The position numbers and the translations under genes were made by a program. DNA of 64,000 nt, taken from NCBI RefSeq assembly GCF_001194135.2, contig NC_068982.1:68674224-68738223 (forward strand). Direction: 5' to 3'. Positions 1 to 12,220 of this stretch are shown piece by piece. The notes under the pieces are model-generated. The model saw only the letters and a program-made list of their open reading frames with translations. It was not told the DNA's origin and ran no database searches. Position 1 is the stretch's first letter, and every line of letters begins with the position of its first letter. This DNA is from Octopus bimaculoides (taxonomy: Eukaryota).

Positions 1-750
1 AGGCCAGAAGCTGGTATGCTCCACTGGATGTGTAATGTCAGTGTGCATACACAACAGGGTGTAAGCACCCTGAGAGAAAAGTTGGACATAAGAAGCATCA
101 GATGTGGTGTGCAAGAGAGACAACTGTGCTGGTATGGTCATGTGTTGCGTATGAAAGTGGACAGCTGTGTGAAGTGTCACACCTTAACAGTGGAGGGAAC
201 CTGTGGAAGAGGTAGACCCAGGAAGACATGGAATGAGGTGGTGAAGCACGACCTTCGAACATTAGGCTTCACAGAAGCAATGACTATTGATTGAGACCTT
301 TGGCGATATGCCATGCTTGAGAAGACCCGGCAAGCCAAATGAGATCATAATTGTGGCCAGTGCCAGTGTTGCATAACTGGCTCATTTAAAAGTACCCTTC
401 AATCGTCAGGTGATATGCTGTGCTTGAGAAAACCTGTTGAGTCAAGTGAAATTGTAGTCATGGCTGATGCCAATGCTGTTTGACTGACACACGTGCTGGT
501 GGCATGTAAAAAGCACCATTTGAGCATGATCAATGCCAATGCCACCTGACTGGCCCCTGTGCTGGTGGCATGTACAAAGCATCCACTATACACTGGGAGT
601 GGTTGGCATTAGGAAGGGCATCCAACCGTAGAAACCTTGCCAGATCAAATTGGAGTCTGGTGCAACCTCCTGGTTTGCCAGTCCTCAGTTAAACCATCCA
701 ACCCATGCCAGCATGGGAAGCAGATGTTAAACAATGATGATGACCTGATC
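1..750 (+). mobile_element. 3' end of an RTE-type non-LTR retrotransposon: ORF2 C-terminus, repeated 3' modules and (TGA)n tail
   Basis: ORF 16..294 reads RQLCWYGHVLRM...VEGTCGRGRPRKTW..VVKHDLRTLG, the typical post-RT C-terminus of RTE LINEs. It is followed by repeated gcatgctgtgcttgagaagacc modules and the tail aacccatgccagcatgg...ttaaacaatgatgatga found throughout the window. Confidence 0.85.
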
Positions 751-2219
751 ATCATCATAATTGCTTTACACTATATACAATTAATGTACACAAAACAATA
801 TAGAGAATATACACAATGTTTCAATTCCATTGCAAAATTAAAAGAAAAATAATGTCCACAGCTATTTTGCTAAGTTATCTCACTTTCAGTCACAATATAT
901 GATTTTAAAATTTCTCTCTCCTATACTCTTTATATTTCTCTCCCCTCTCTTTCTCTCTCTAAAAAACTTTTTAACCATTTCTCTCTTTCTCTTCACCTCT
1001 CACTTCTATTAACCATGTGACAGTGTTGTTAATGGAAGTGACTATCTGTTATCTCACTCCCCCCTCTCTCTCTCTCTCTCTGTCATTCTCCTTCTCACTC
1101 ACTACCCCTCCCCTGTCAAATAAACTAAACTTGTGAATGAATGAACAAGCAGAATTATAATATAGATTGACCTTGTCTTTTATTTTTCTGAGTCTGTTGA
1201 AATATGTACCAGTTGGATACTGGAGTTGATATGATTGTTCCCTGCCGCCAACATTTGTATTTTAAAAGGTGGGTGGATGGACAGAATCATTAGTGTTGAG
1301 AAAAATGCCTTGTTGGTTTAAGCTCATTGGGAGTGGTAATTGTCTTGTCCTAGCTCTCTGATGGACTCGTTCCCTTGGTCATAATCAATTTTGATGATTG
1401 AGGAAGAAGTGAAATGAAAGAGTGGCTGATAACAGCAACCATATCAAGACCAGAGGCCTACTGCTCAAGTAATACTGCTTGATGCATTACTTATAACATC
1501 ATGGTAAAGTGAGAGAAAATTTACCTTGTTCTTGCTCTCAGAAACCCATGAGTGGAAGCTCTTTCCCCTCCAAACCAGGAATTCATTCATTCCTAAAACA
1601 AATCAGTTTTGCCAGAGATCAAATAGAACTGTGATACTGGCGACATACAAGCAATAAACTTTAGGTGTAAATAACATCAAGATTATCATCAGCGGAAGCA
1701 AAACTTTTTGAAGGATGTGTAATGTTCTTTGTTTTGTCTCATGCAAAGGATTTTAACAGGTATGTTTGGATGTACTAAATTCCAATATGAGAGGTGGTCG
1801 GAGGGTAGAGATGTGCAGTGTCTCAGCTCTACAATGGTTTCTCATTTATGTGTGAGTAAGTTGCCTGAAATGTTTCTTCCTGTACTTTTAAATAATATCT
1901 TGTTTTATTTATTGTGTGTTATTCATTTATCATACATTCTTATTTCATGAAATTTTTAATGTATCTATTATACAAAGTGGAAGTCATAGATGTCTTTATT
2001 TACATTTCTTGTGGGGTTAAAGTCAGTTATACTTCTACCTAAACGTTGGTGACATCACGTTAAAGTTAGACATTCATAATTTCCATTTTCAAGTTTTAAT
2101 GTTAATTTTTTCATCGAAACTACGTACACTTGTATATTCTTCAGGTGGATACTGCATTGTTTTATTCTTGTTTTAGCCACTGTTCATTTGATGAGTTTAT
2201 AATCATTATGTTTGTGCAG

Positions 2220-2355
2220 ATGGAAAACCCATGTTACGGCAAGGAGAAACTGGAGATTGGATTGGTACTTTTGAAGGCCACAAGGGAGCGGTGTGGGGTG
2301 CTGCACTAAACAGAGAGGCTACCCGGGCTGCCACGGGAGCAGCTGACTTTACAGC
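2220..2355 (+). CDS. STRAP: STRAP (serine-threonine kinase receptor-associated protein, WD40), first visible coding exon (probably exon 2), 136 nt
   Basis: tgcag|AT GGA AAA CCC...ACA GC|gtatg translates (D)[45 protein letters not shown], nearly identical to metazoan STRAP. The N-terminal exon (about 37 codons) was not found in 1-2219. Confidence 0.95.
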
Positions 2356-2419
2356 GTATGTATTTATACACTTTTTACATTAAAATTTACCTACATATCA
2401 ATGTATGTGTGTGTGTCAT

Positions 2420-2570
2420 GTTTATGGTTGTGTGGATAGTGCGTTTGCTTCATAACCATGTGGTTCCAGGTTCTATCCTACTGCATGGTATTATGGGAAA
2501 GTATCTTCTACAATAGCTTTGGGACAACCAATGCATAAAAACTGTATGGAAGCTTGTGTATTTGTTTTAT
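2420..2570 (+). mobile_element. tRNA-derived SINE (family A), 5' part
   Basis: Head tggttgtgtgg...aaccatgtggttccaggttc followed by ggaaagtatcttctacaatagc. The same head recurs more than 10 times in the window. Confidence 0.7.
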
Positions 2571-3124
2571 GTCTATTTTTTCATGCTCACATGAGTTATA
2601 TGAACCTCATATTATTGAAGCTTGTTTACTAGCTGGTTACCCATCCTCTTGCTAACTAACTGTTTTTCAAGTATGTGTTGAGTGTGTGTGTGTGTGTGTG
2701 TGTGTAGTATGACTTGTTGAATGATACTTCATCAAAATGATTTTCGTTGGACCTGGAAACAACTTTTGATATAATATATTTGTAAATATATTATTTGTTA
2801 GAAAAATTTTATCAATGAAACAATTTTAAATACAGAATACTTTCTAATACAAAGTGAGTGCAGACAGCATATTTAATTGCATATACTATTTTTGGATGTT
2901 ATTAGATATGGAATATTTAAAATTGTCATATAGCTTCAAGTTGGTATTCAGTTTTTGGCACTCATATTCCTGATAAATTCTTCAAATCTTCATGCAGCAT
3001 CAGCTGGAGGCACAAATCAAGTGCATGAAATGATTTACTTGGAATTTTTTTTCCTTGTTCTTTTTCTGTCTTGCAAGTTAGTTAATTGGCTACCTCATTG
3101 GTGCCGATGACATGAGAAAAGCAT

Positions 3125-4010
3125 CGAATATACTTTGTAAAATGGTTGGTGTCAGGAAGGGCACCGAGCCATAGGAAGTATGCCAAAGCTGACACTGAAG
3201 CTCTGTGCAGCTTTGGCTTGCTGGATCCTGTACCTATCCAACCCATGTTGTCATGGAAAATGGACATAAAATGATGAGTATATTCCAGATTTTCAGTGTA
3301 CCTACTTTGTAGTAATAATATCTGAACTTTTACAATAACTATTCTGTCCAAAGTGGAAAAAAAAGCAACCTGCTGTATGGAAGTGATTTGAAATGCATTA
3401 AATACAGCCATTTCAAAATGAATTGTCACAGACCTGGATGAAACACCAATTCAGTGTTTACATTAATTGTAGGATTGTATCATAAGTTGCTTATATAATA
3501 TAAGCTACTTGATTAGTATTGTAAATGTATGAATTCCCTTAATATGAATTAGAAAGTAGAAACTAAAAACTGTCAAGTATTGAATTGGGTTATCTACTTT
3601 TCCTGTTAGTCCCTTGTCCTAATAACAATAACTCACAACAATAAATTTATAACATCCTTCAAGAAGGCTCTCTTTTACCTTGTGAGCTACAAGACAACCC
3701 CACAAGTGCTGGTGCTGCAAAAAGGCATTCATTACACTCTATAAGAAGTTAGTAAATGAAATCAAGTATTGACAACTCGGGGTTTAAGAGGGCTCTTTAG
3801 TCTTGCTGGTGTCAAGGTAACCTTTATTGTGCTGGTGCCACAAAAAATGCATCCAGTACATTTTATAAAATAGTTGGTCTTAAGAAGGGCATTCACCTGT
3901 AGAAACAAAATCAAAATTGTGACATTGGAAATCAGATATGACCTTCTGGCTTGTTGAATCCTGTTGAACTGTCTGACCTATGCTGATATGGAAAATGGAT
4001 GTAGAACAAT
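3125..4010 (+). mobile_element. Cluster of RTE-tail repeats (family B)
   Basis: Repeated tggttggtgtcaggaagggca...tagaa...cccatg..catggaaaatggac modules homologous to 560-750. Confidence 0.65.
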
Positions 4011-4267
4011 TGTGATTATAATGTTCTATTTTCATTTTATGTTTGTAATTGGAGAATTCAGTAGTGTAGAGAACCAAAATTATATTCTGTAATTCAAGAA
4101 CTTCCTTCTTCAAGTGGAAAGAGTTCTATCATATCTTAATATGACTTATTAAACAGCAATCTGTTTTAGATATTAAAATTAAATATCCCAATCTGTACCT
4201 GTTTTCTCCTTCAGCCTTTATACAACTAATTAAATTCAGTTTTTAATAATAATAATAATAATAATAA

Positions 4268-4480
4268 TTTCAAATTTTGGAAGAAGGCCAGCAATTTTTG
4301 GGGAGGGGATAAGTTGATTACATTGATCCTCAGTATTCAACTGGTACTTATTTTATTGACTCTGGAAGGATGAAAGTCAAAGTTGACCATGTCAGAATTT
4401 GAACTGAGAACGTAACGACAGATGAAATGCTGTTAAGCATTTTGCCCAGCACAATAACGATTGTGTCAGCTCATCGCCTA
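4268..4480 (-). mobile_element. tRNA-derived SINE (family C) flanked by (TAA)n
   Basis: Reverse strand carries a B-box-like ttctcagttcaaattc and the central ctttcatccttcc...taaaataagtacc domain. TAA repeats lie on both sides. Confidence 0.75.
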
Positions 4481-4494
4481 ATAATAATGATGTA

Positions 4495-4860
4495 GGATTT
4501 CTTCATAATGACTGACCATACTTTTGAAGCAAAGAAATCAGATATTATAGAGGACAAAAAGGAGAAAAAAAAAAAGGTGTAATATCATATGATAGTAGAA
4601 TAGATATAGAAATTGAGAAATATCAGGATCTAATCAGAGATTGTGAAAGATTAAGATGATGAATATTCCTGTGGTAGTTGGTGCATTTGGCACAACACTT
4701 TAACTGCTACTTTGGAGATTAAAGGATATTAGAAGTGAAATTTACATTGTTGACTTGCAGAAAAGTGACATTCTGTGTTCTACAAGAATCCTAAGAATGA
4801 TTCTTGAGATTTGAAGGAAGTTATAGCCAGACCTCAAGATATCATCTAATTAAATTAACT
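4495..4860 (+). mobile_element. Decayed 3' end of a Dong/R4-clade non-LTR retrotransposon (restriction-like endonuclease domain)
   Basis: Frameshifted peptides (W)DFFIMTDHTFEAKKSDII, DSRIDIEIEKYQDL, NIPVVVGAFG and LQKSDILCSTRILRMILEI* (stop at 4812-4814) match the PD..D..EK..KY..PVVVGALG RLE C-terminus. Confidence 0.75.
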
Positions 4861-4873
4861 TTAACAATAATAA

Positions 4874-5086
4874 TCCTTTCTACTATAGGCAGAAGGCCTG
4901 AGATTTTGGGGGTGGGGTTAGTTGATTACATTGACCTCAGTACATGACTGGTACTTATTTCATCAATGTTGAAAGGATGAAAGGCATAGTCAACCTCAGC
5001 AGGTCTTGAACTTAGAACATAAAGCTGAACAAAATTCCACTAAGCATTTTGTCTGGTGTTCTAACAATTCTGCCAGCTTGATGCCT

Positions 5087-5088
<2 letters not shown>
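4874..5088 (-). mobile_element. tRNA-derived SINE (family C) flanked by (TAA)n
   Basis: Homologous to 4268-4480, with taataataa immediately on both sides. Confidence 0.75.

Positions 5089-5142
<54 letters not shown>
5089..5142. repeat. (ATA)n microsatellite, about 18 units
   Basis: Perfect trinucleotide run. It produces the poly-Ile ORF 5012..5194. Confidence 0.95.
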
Positions 5143-5143
<1 letters not shown>

Positions 5144-6028
5144 CTCTATATATAAAAGTGAAATGGCTGAAAGTTGTATGCTTGTGTGTCTCATTTAGTA
5201 GTTATGCAGGGTTCAATGGCAGTAGGCGTGCTTGGATTGCGGCAAAAATTTACAGAGACATGTAAAATGAGGCGAGGAAGCGACTGAACTAGGTTAGAAA
5301 TCTCCATCTCAAAAGCTGTGGTTACTAGGACAACAAAACCCAGACTTTGACAAGTGTTTGTCATTTCTCTCTTTTGGATATCACCCTGTCTTCCTCAATT
5401 TCTCTCTTTCCTCCCTTCCCTCCACTCTCTTTCCCTCTCCACCTTCGCTGTTTTTCTGTCACTCTTTCTCCCACTGCCTCTCTCTGTGTACGTTTGTCTG
5501 TATCTATAGAGAGAAAGTGTTGACAGCCCCAAAAGTTTAAATATTCTCGCCACAGGTCTTTTACAATGGTGAATTATTATTGCTCACCACCACCACCACC
5601 ACACAATCCTCCTGCCACAGGTCTTTTAGAATGGTGAATTATTATCGCCCACCACCACCACCGCACAATCATGATAACAGATATTATTAATCAGATATTT
5701 ATTGTGCTAATATTTTTTCTATATCTGTGTGTGTGTGTGTGTGTCTCTATTCTAGACGCCTAGTTTAGAATAGAGACAGCTGATGAAGGAAAAAGTTCCA
5801 TAAGTGGCTCGTCTGTTTTCCTATGTGTTCGTTATGTTGTCTGTAAACAAAGTCCGTTTTTGTGCTTTTGTTCCTGTTCCTTTTCCTGACGTCCTGTATC
5901 CGGATATGCATCTATATATACATGTAGATGTAGGTATGTACATATATGTATATATACATGCATATGCTCATATATCGTTTGTATTATATATATATATAAT
6001 TCATTTATATATAATTTACATATATATA

Positions 6029-6087
<59 letters not shown>

Positions 6088-6323
6088 GTGTGCATATGTG
6101 GTTGGATTGAGCTGAAAATATGCACACCTATGTCTAAAGTGCTGGCGAGTTTGCATGGCAACTTTGAGTTTGCTCAATTGAATGACGTGGCCTCTAGGGC
6201 AAAATGCCTCATCTTTTAAAATGTGGCCCAAGTAGACCTGAATGAAATCAAGTTATAATACCGAAACAAATAAAACAATAATAGACTATTTTAATCCCAA
6301 GCAAGGCCAGGTTTCTCTGCTAG
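5143..6323 (+). mobile_element. Non-autonomous Helitron, about 1.18 kb
   Basis: Starts A|TCTCTATATATAAAA and ends cccaagcaaggccaggtttctctg-CTAG|T: 5' TC, degenerate subterminal hairpin, 3' CTAG, inserted between A and T with no TSD. Contains internal CT, CAC, GT and TA microsatellites. Confidence 0.75.
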
Positions 6324-7095
6324 TAATAATAATGATATTAATAACAACCTAATGTTGCAGTTGTCTTAGATAATATTAGGAATGATCCAGAACATTAAAG
6401 TGAAAAACAAGTTTCCTGGCTTTTTGAATTCTACCAAACAAGAGATTGCAATATTGTAATTAACTTATCTCTAGTACCCAAAGAATTTTACAAGAAATAA
6501 GTAAACAAAATTATATCAAAATAGATGCGCATATATTTTCATGCATTCACATCACTTTTTGCAAAATGTCATTCATATACAAAGGAATAATTTTAAATCA
6601 AAGATCTTTGTTTTTATTGCCTATATTTTTATGTTTGTGTTTTTAAGATATATAAGAAAGTGTTTATGTATGTGTCAGCTTTGGTGTGATATGATCCCCT
6701 GTTTTGGGAAGAGGCTTGTAAACCAAGATATTGTCTCCTCTCTTTACAGTTCTGAGACACACAAGTATACAGAAGTTCATTCATTTATTTTATTTCTGTT
6801 TTTTCTGTTAGCCTAGGTTGAACAGCTACATATTACTGAAGTATCATTTTATAGCCATGTTGCCCAGTTGTAGAACATTGCCTCAGTGATAGATATTCAT
6901 CCAACGTGTGACAGCATGGTAAAACAAGCTTATGTTTGTGTGTGTGAGTCTATATGTGTATCTGACCACTATCTAGCTGACTGCCTGTCTGTCTGTTTAT
7001 CTATTTATCAGTTGATTGTTATATATTTTAAGTATAAATGAAATACTTTTACATTAACTAACGGATAGTATTTTTGTTTTTCTTTTTATCTTCAG

Positions 7096-7250
7096 GAAAA
7101 TCTGGGATGCTGTTAGTGGAGATGAACTACACACATTCTCCCATAAACATATCGTTAAGTCAGTAGATTTTTCTCGTGACAGCAAACTGCTGCTTACTGC
7201 TAGTCAAGAAAAAAAGCTAAAAATATTTGATTTGGAAAAGCATGAAGCAG
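7096..7250 (+). CDS. STRAP: STRAP coding exon, 155 nt
   Basis: ttcag|G AAA ATC TGG...GAA GCA G|gtttg translates KIWDAVSGDELHTFSHKHIVKSVDFSRDSKLLLTASQEKKLKIFDLEKHEA. Phase matches both neighbouring exons. Confidence 0.95.
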
Positions 7251-7934
7251 GTTTGTATGGAAACTTATGTTTTATTAAGTATTAAAACTAATGACTGAAT
7301 TAGTAAAACTAAACATTAAGTTGCCACCATTATCATCATAATAGTTCTCATGGACTTCACTTCTATTACAGTTGTTTTGGGGATTCCATGTTCTTCCTTC
7401 TCCTACTGCTTGGTGATGAGGTTTGCTTCCTTTACCAGGTTTCTAGTTATAGCTACATGTATGTTACCAGGTTTGTAGTTATAGCTACATGTATATACAC
7501 CATATGTATCTTTCCAAGATATATATGGTGTATTTATTAATGATATAAATATTTGAAAAAGAGACTTTAAGTAATGCAGATGAAAATTTAGGTAAACCAG
7601 ATACAAAAGCGAAGTAGAATCACCTTAAATATTTTATATGAATTCTTGTGTTGAAACAAATTTTATTGTGTCTAGGGAGAGTCATTATACCAATATCATC
7701 AACACAGGCACAGGTTCAATTCTACTCCTTTATTAATAGTCAGTAGGTTAAATATCCAACTAACTAATCAATTGCTTGTTTAACTTTGGTCAAACAGTAA
7801 GCCATTTGTTTGTTTGCTTTTATTTGATTTTTTTTTTGTCAAAGCTCTTTTGTTGCTATTTGCAACTTTTTCAATGACTTTTCTCTTAGTTTGTTACAGA
7901 GACCACGTTTTGTCTGTCTGAGATCTTGTGTGCT

Positions 7935-8385
7935 TGCATATGTATGTACGCATGTATGTATTCTTCTACATGTGTGTATTCCTATGTCTGTGTACGTGCT
8001 TGTGTGTGTACTTCTGCTTCTGTGTGCTTGCATGCGCATGTGAGTTTGTGTTTTTACACCTGTTGTATATGTATGTGCCTATATATGTTTGTGTGCGTAT
8101 GCGTGATATGTGTGTGTGTGCATATATGTGGTGTGTGTGTCTGCATGTGTGTGTGCCCATGTGCTTTATGTATGCTTCAGTGTGTGTATGGTTATGTGTT
8201 TCTGTCTCCTTGCATGTGTGTGTGTATGTGCATATCTACCTACCTACCAATCTATTTACTTGCCTATCTCCCCACCTATCTACCAACCTACATAATTAAC
8301 TAAGTAACTAACCACTTGACACCTATCTACTTACCTATCTACCTATTTACCTATTCGACTGCCAACTTACAAACGTACCTATGTA
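7935..8385. repeat. Degenerate (TG)n/(TATG)n tract followed by a (CCTA)n-like tract
   Basis: Low-complexity sequence that gives the C/V/M/Y-rich and H/T-rich spurious ORFs at 7839-8303. Confidence 0.85.
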
Positions 8386-10202
8386 TGCACACTGCATGAG
8401 TGGTATCTGTGGCATTGAGGTATCTCTATCTCTTACATTTATTTCCTATTTAGTATTGGTAATGTTTCATTTATGAGGATGTCCTATTGTATTTGTCTAA
8501 GTAGTGGGTCTTTTGGGTGTTTGGACAAAATGTAGGTGTCTTCCCCATTCAGACCATGGTTGTCTAGGTAATTACTGTCTTGAGTTAGTTTTAGGAGGAC
8601 GCCCAGTTCCCTTGTGTTAACTGCGTGGAACTCTACTGCACTCTCACAGATAATTACAATGCATTTTTCCTCAACGAAGTCTATGTCAATAGACAGTTTG
8701 AAACCACATCCATACTGCCTACTACACAACTTGTGAGGTCGTTGGAGTGGTTACAGTTACTAATCCTATTAGTTAGTTGGATATTTAGCCAATTGACTTA
8801 TAATAAAGGAGTGGAATTGAACCAGTGCATGTGTTAATAATATTGGCATAGTGACTTTCCCTAGACACAATAAAATTTAAGGCGATATCAATAGATAAAA
8901 AGAAAGACAGAATTGTTTCAAGCATCTATTATACTTAGGGAAAGATTCCCCTTTTCAAATGTAAGAAAGTAATTCAAATGTTTGGAGAAAAAGTGTTATC
9001 AACAGGACATTCTGGGATGTTCTTATTTGTTGCTGTTCGTGTATAAATTCTGTATATGTATGGTGAATCTAGAGTTCTCAGTTTATTTGTTAGACAACTG
9101 TCCTCCAAACCATTAGCAGTTGTAGTTTGTAAGTGAAGGAATATGTTTTTGTGCTAGTAAGAATTACCATCATTTGTCACAGGTCAGTCATATTTACTGC
9201 AATAAAACTATAGCATTCAGGCAAATCAAAATTAGTTTCATTCATTTTATTTTTAATGTGTGCATTGGTTAAATAGTTTTGCAGTATATCTTTCTATGAA
9301 TACCAATCCAATGCTTATGTCTTCACATGTACTCCATCTCACTCATACATTAATTCATGCATTTTCTCACTCAGTTCATCTTCTGTTCCTTACATTATTT
9401 AATATAATTATTAAGGAAGATGTCACTTTTGTAGATATTTGCCAATGTTTTGATGTTCATTTGTTAACTTAGTTCATTTGTATCTAGTCTTGCAAGTTTA
9501 TTCAGTTCATTCATCAAGCTGTATTCAATTGGCTTCTCTCCAGTCACTGCAAATACTTCTTATTGCATATTTCACTGCCATATGTTTGTAATACAACTAA
9601 AGTAGTTGGAATTTATTTGAACTGATTTGTTTATAAATTGAAAAATAAGATTGCTGGGTATTTCATTTTTGTATTTGGTTTGCAAGATTCTTTATGTGAA
9701 TTTGTGTGTTGAAGCATATTTTATCGTCTGGAGAGAGTCATTCTGTTTTAATGCCTTAGTAATTAACACACTCTGTGGTTCGATTTCTACTCATTTACTT
9801 TTTTTTTTCCTAAAATTTTCGTTGCTTCTTGTAATTTCTTCAATAGTCATTGAGTAAGGAAAGAAAGAAAGTTTGAATTTGTAAAATAATGTAGCTAAAG
9901 CCAGTAAGTTTTACACCCTTGATTTATTACTTCACTGTATATTTTATATTGAAAGAGTCTTTCTAGTTAAATAACGATAAATTTTCTCGGTTGTTTTTTG
10001 AGTTGTTCATAATATATAATTGTAAAAGAGCCTTCATTGTAAATCTGTTCAGTGTGTTTTCATTGCTACTTTTAACAATGCTCTAGGCACTTCATTCTTT
10101 TCGAACATTTCCATTAAATTTCTTTTAATGAGACAGTTTTAACTCTTCATTCTCATAGAAGTAAGTTACTAATTATTCTTCCATGCAATGTTTTTATTTC
10201 AG

Positions 10203-10302
10203 AACCCAAGGTATTTGCTGGTCACAAAGACACGCTTAAATGTGCTATCTTCACTAAAGATGCACAGCAAATAATTAGTGCATCAGATGATAAAACAGTT
10301 CG
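10203..10302 (+). CDS. STRAP: STRAP coding exon, 100 nt
   Basis: tttcag|AA CCC AAG...GTT CG|gtttg translates (E)PKVFAGHKDTLKCAIFTKDAQQIISASDDKTV(R). Confidence 0.93.
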
Positions 10303-10984
10303 GTTTGTATTATTTTCTATTTTTAAATTGTTTGCCTCTTATTAAGATTATTTCTGTTAGCTTTTCTTGTCTATGTATTAACATTTTTATCATTTTTTTT
10401 TTCATTTGGTGGCTTTTTTACAGACTTTTTTTACAATTACCTTTAACTCCAGAATTAGTACACCTGTCCTCATTATCAGTGAGTCATTCATCACTGATCC
10501 AGGATAACATGGTATAGTAATTGTGAACCATTTTATGCTTATCTAATAACATGGGCTGGTGATCAGTTGCATATTCTGCTTGGACTGCAAAAGTACCCCC
10601 CAGCATCTACAGTGTTCAGTACAACTTGTTGATTCATTTAACACTGTTCATTGGAACCAAACACACTTGATAATCAAGGATAGATATACTAGTTAAATTC
10701 ATTTAAATTAGCAAATAAGTCTGTGATGAGGTGGGGTTATCCACCAGGTTAGTTATAGTGGTATAATTAGAATAATTAAAGTTTAAGAGAGAACCAAGAA
10801 GCCTGAGCTGCTTTGGATCATGGGAAGTTGTGTGACACCTGATGGCTTCATTATCAGTTAATGCCTGCTTTCCATGCTGGCCAAAGGTTTCTAATGATAT
10901 AAATGAAGAAAAATACTTTTAACCAGGAATTGCTGTTCCAGCATGGCCCCAGCCTTCATATGGCTGAAATAGAGGTATTATTCT

Positions 10985-11260
10985 GACTTCATAGTAGTCT
11001 GTCACAAGCCTCGTGACTCATGAGGCTAGAGCATAACTTGGTTCCCATGGCATATGAATGACATAGATTACAACGCACCCCGCTGTCGGTCCATCACAGC
11101 ATTATGTTTCCAACTATTGCTGGTACCCATTTACAGCTGAGTGAACTGGAGCAATGTGAAATAAAATGTTTTGCTCAAGAACATAATGCAGTTTGGGAAG
11201 TCATACCATGATCTTAAGATTCAAAGTAAACACCTTACCTACTAGGCTATGTGCCTTCAC
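10985..11260 (-). mobile_element. tRNA-derived SINE (family D)
   Basis: Reverse strand reads ttgagcaaaacattttatttcacattgctccagttcactcagctgtaaatgggtacc, homologous to 19380-19440. Confidence 0.7.
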
Positions 11261-11496
11261 TTCATAATATATTGGCTAGTATTAAGTTAAGTATATGGCA
11301 ATAACAAGTTTCCTTCAATATTTCCCACCAAAAGTTTTTTTTTTATAGAAACCTCTAATATTTTTTAGTGTAGAAAATAAATGCAAAAAAAAAAAATAAT
11401 AATTGCAACTTGTTTTAGTATTTTAATTCAAATCTAAGGTTATTTTAGGCAAAAATATCCTTCTGTTTGTTTTTACAATTTTAAATTCTGTTTCAG

Positions 11497-11634
11497 TGTC
11501 TGGGATGTGAATAATGAAAATGAAATAAAGCAATTGGAGTTTGCAAATCCTCCCAACGGCTTAGAACTCTCTAGGGATGGCTCTGTTTTAGTAGTCACCA
11601 GTGGATGTGTTACAAGTTTCTGGGATACTGGATC
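11497..11634 (+). CDS. STRAP: STRAP coding exon, 138 nt
   Basis: tttcag|T GTC TGG GAT...GGA TC|gtgagt translates VWDVNNENEIKQLEFANPPNGLELSRDGSVLVVTSGCVTSFWDTG(S). Confidence 0.93.
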
Positions 11635-11862
11635 GTGAGTTGGCTCTTATTGAAATTTTTTTTGTCTTTTTATTATAGTGATTTTACAGGTGAAGACATA
11701 GATTAAGAGTAGCTTATTTAGTAAAGGGCCTTTTCAGCACACTAACATAAGTTTAAAATTTGATTTTCAAAATTTATCAACTCTATTATTTATATTGGTT
11801 GATACAGGCACAGCTGCGATTATAGATGTAGGAATGGCTGAGTGGTCGAGAAGCTTGCTTCT

Positions 11863-11979
11863 CACACTTGTAATGCATAGTACACACTTGTAATACATAG
11901 TACACACTTGTAATGCATAGTACACACTTGTAATGTATAGTACACACTTGTAATACATAGTACACACTTGTAATGCATA
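11863..11979. repeat. Minisatellite, 20-bp unit CACACTTGTAATRYATAGTA, about 5.9 copies
   Basis: Units start at 11863, 11883, 11903, 11923, 11943 and 11963 and differ only at two central positions. Confidence 0.95.
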
Positions 11980-11984
11980 TGGTG

Positions 11985-12220
11985 GTATGATGGATGACAG
12001 TTGGGTAAAGAAGTACTCAGAAATTCAGGTGGAAGGTGGAGGGGAACCTATTGAGAAAGGTTAGGAAGACATGGGAAAATGTGACTAAGGCTGATCTGAA
12101 GAGGCTGAATCTCAGAAAGGAGATGGTAAAGGACTGTAACAAGTGGTGAGATATGCTGGAGACAATTTATCCAAACCATCTAAGCATGGAATAAGATATA
12201 AAAATGATGACAATGTTGAT
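11985..12220 (+). mobile_element. RTE LINE 3'-end fragment
   Basis: Translates approximately as DDSWVKKYSEIQVEG...RKTWENVTKADLKRLNL, followed by a degenerate aagcatggaa...aatgatgac tail. Confidence 0.7.

Noticed and set aside
1-2219. STRAP exon 1 (expected to encode a ...PLTCSGHTRPVVDL...SACK-like peptide)
   Set aside because: I found no such peptide by eye in the + frames. It probably lies left of the window.
5804-6231. Overlapping ORFs rich in IYIYIY
   Set aside because: Translations of (TA)n inside the Helitron. The same applies to ORFs at 30318-30618, 34373-34626, 50236-50579, 52983-53404 and 54890-55221.
7839-8303. Cys-rich 123-125 aa ORFs that superficially resemble metallothionein or keratin-associated proteins
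   Set aside because: All frames are open because of a degenerate (TG)n tract. There is no splice or start context.
8484-8837. ORFs 8484..8729 (-) and 8625..8837 (+) in a STRAP intron
   Set aside because: Only a weak RELGVLL resemblance to the LINE RDLGV motif. It cannot be supported as a gene or classified.
11863-11979. CRISPR-like array
   Set aside because: The units are contiguous with no unique spacers and the context is eukaryotic. It is a minisatellite.
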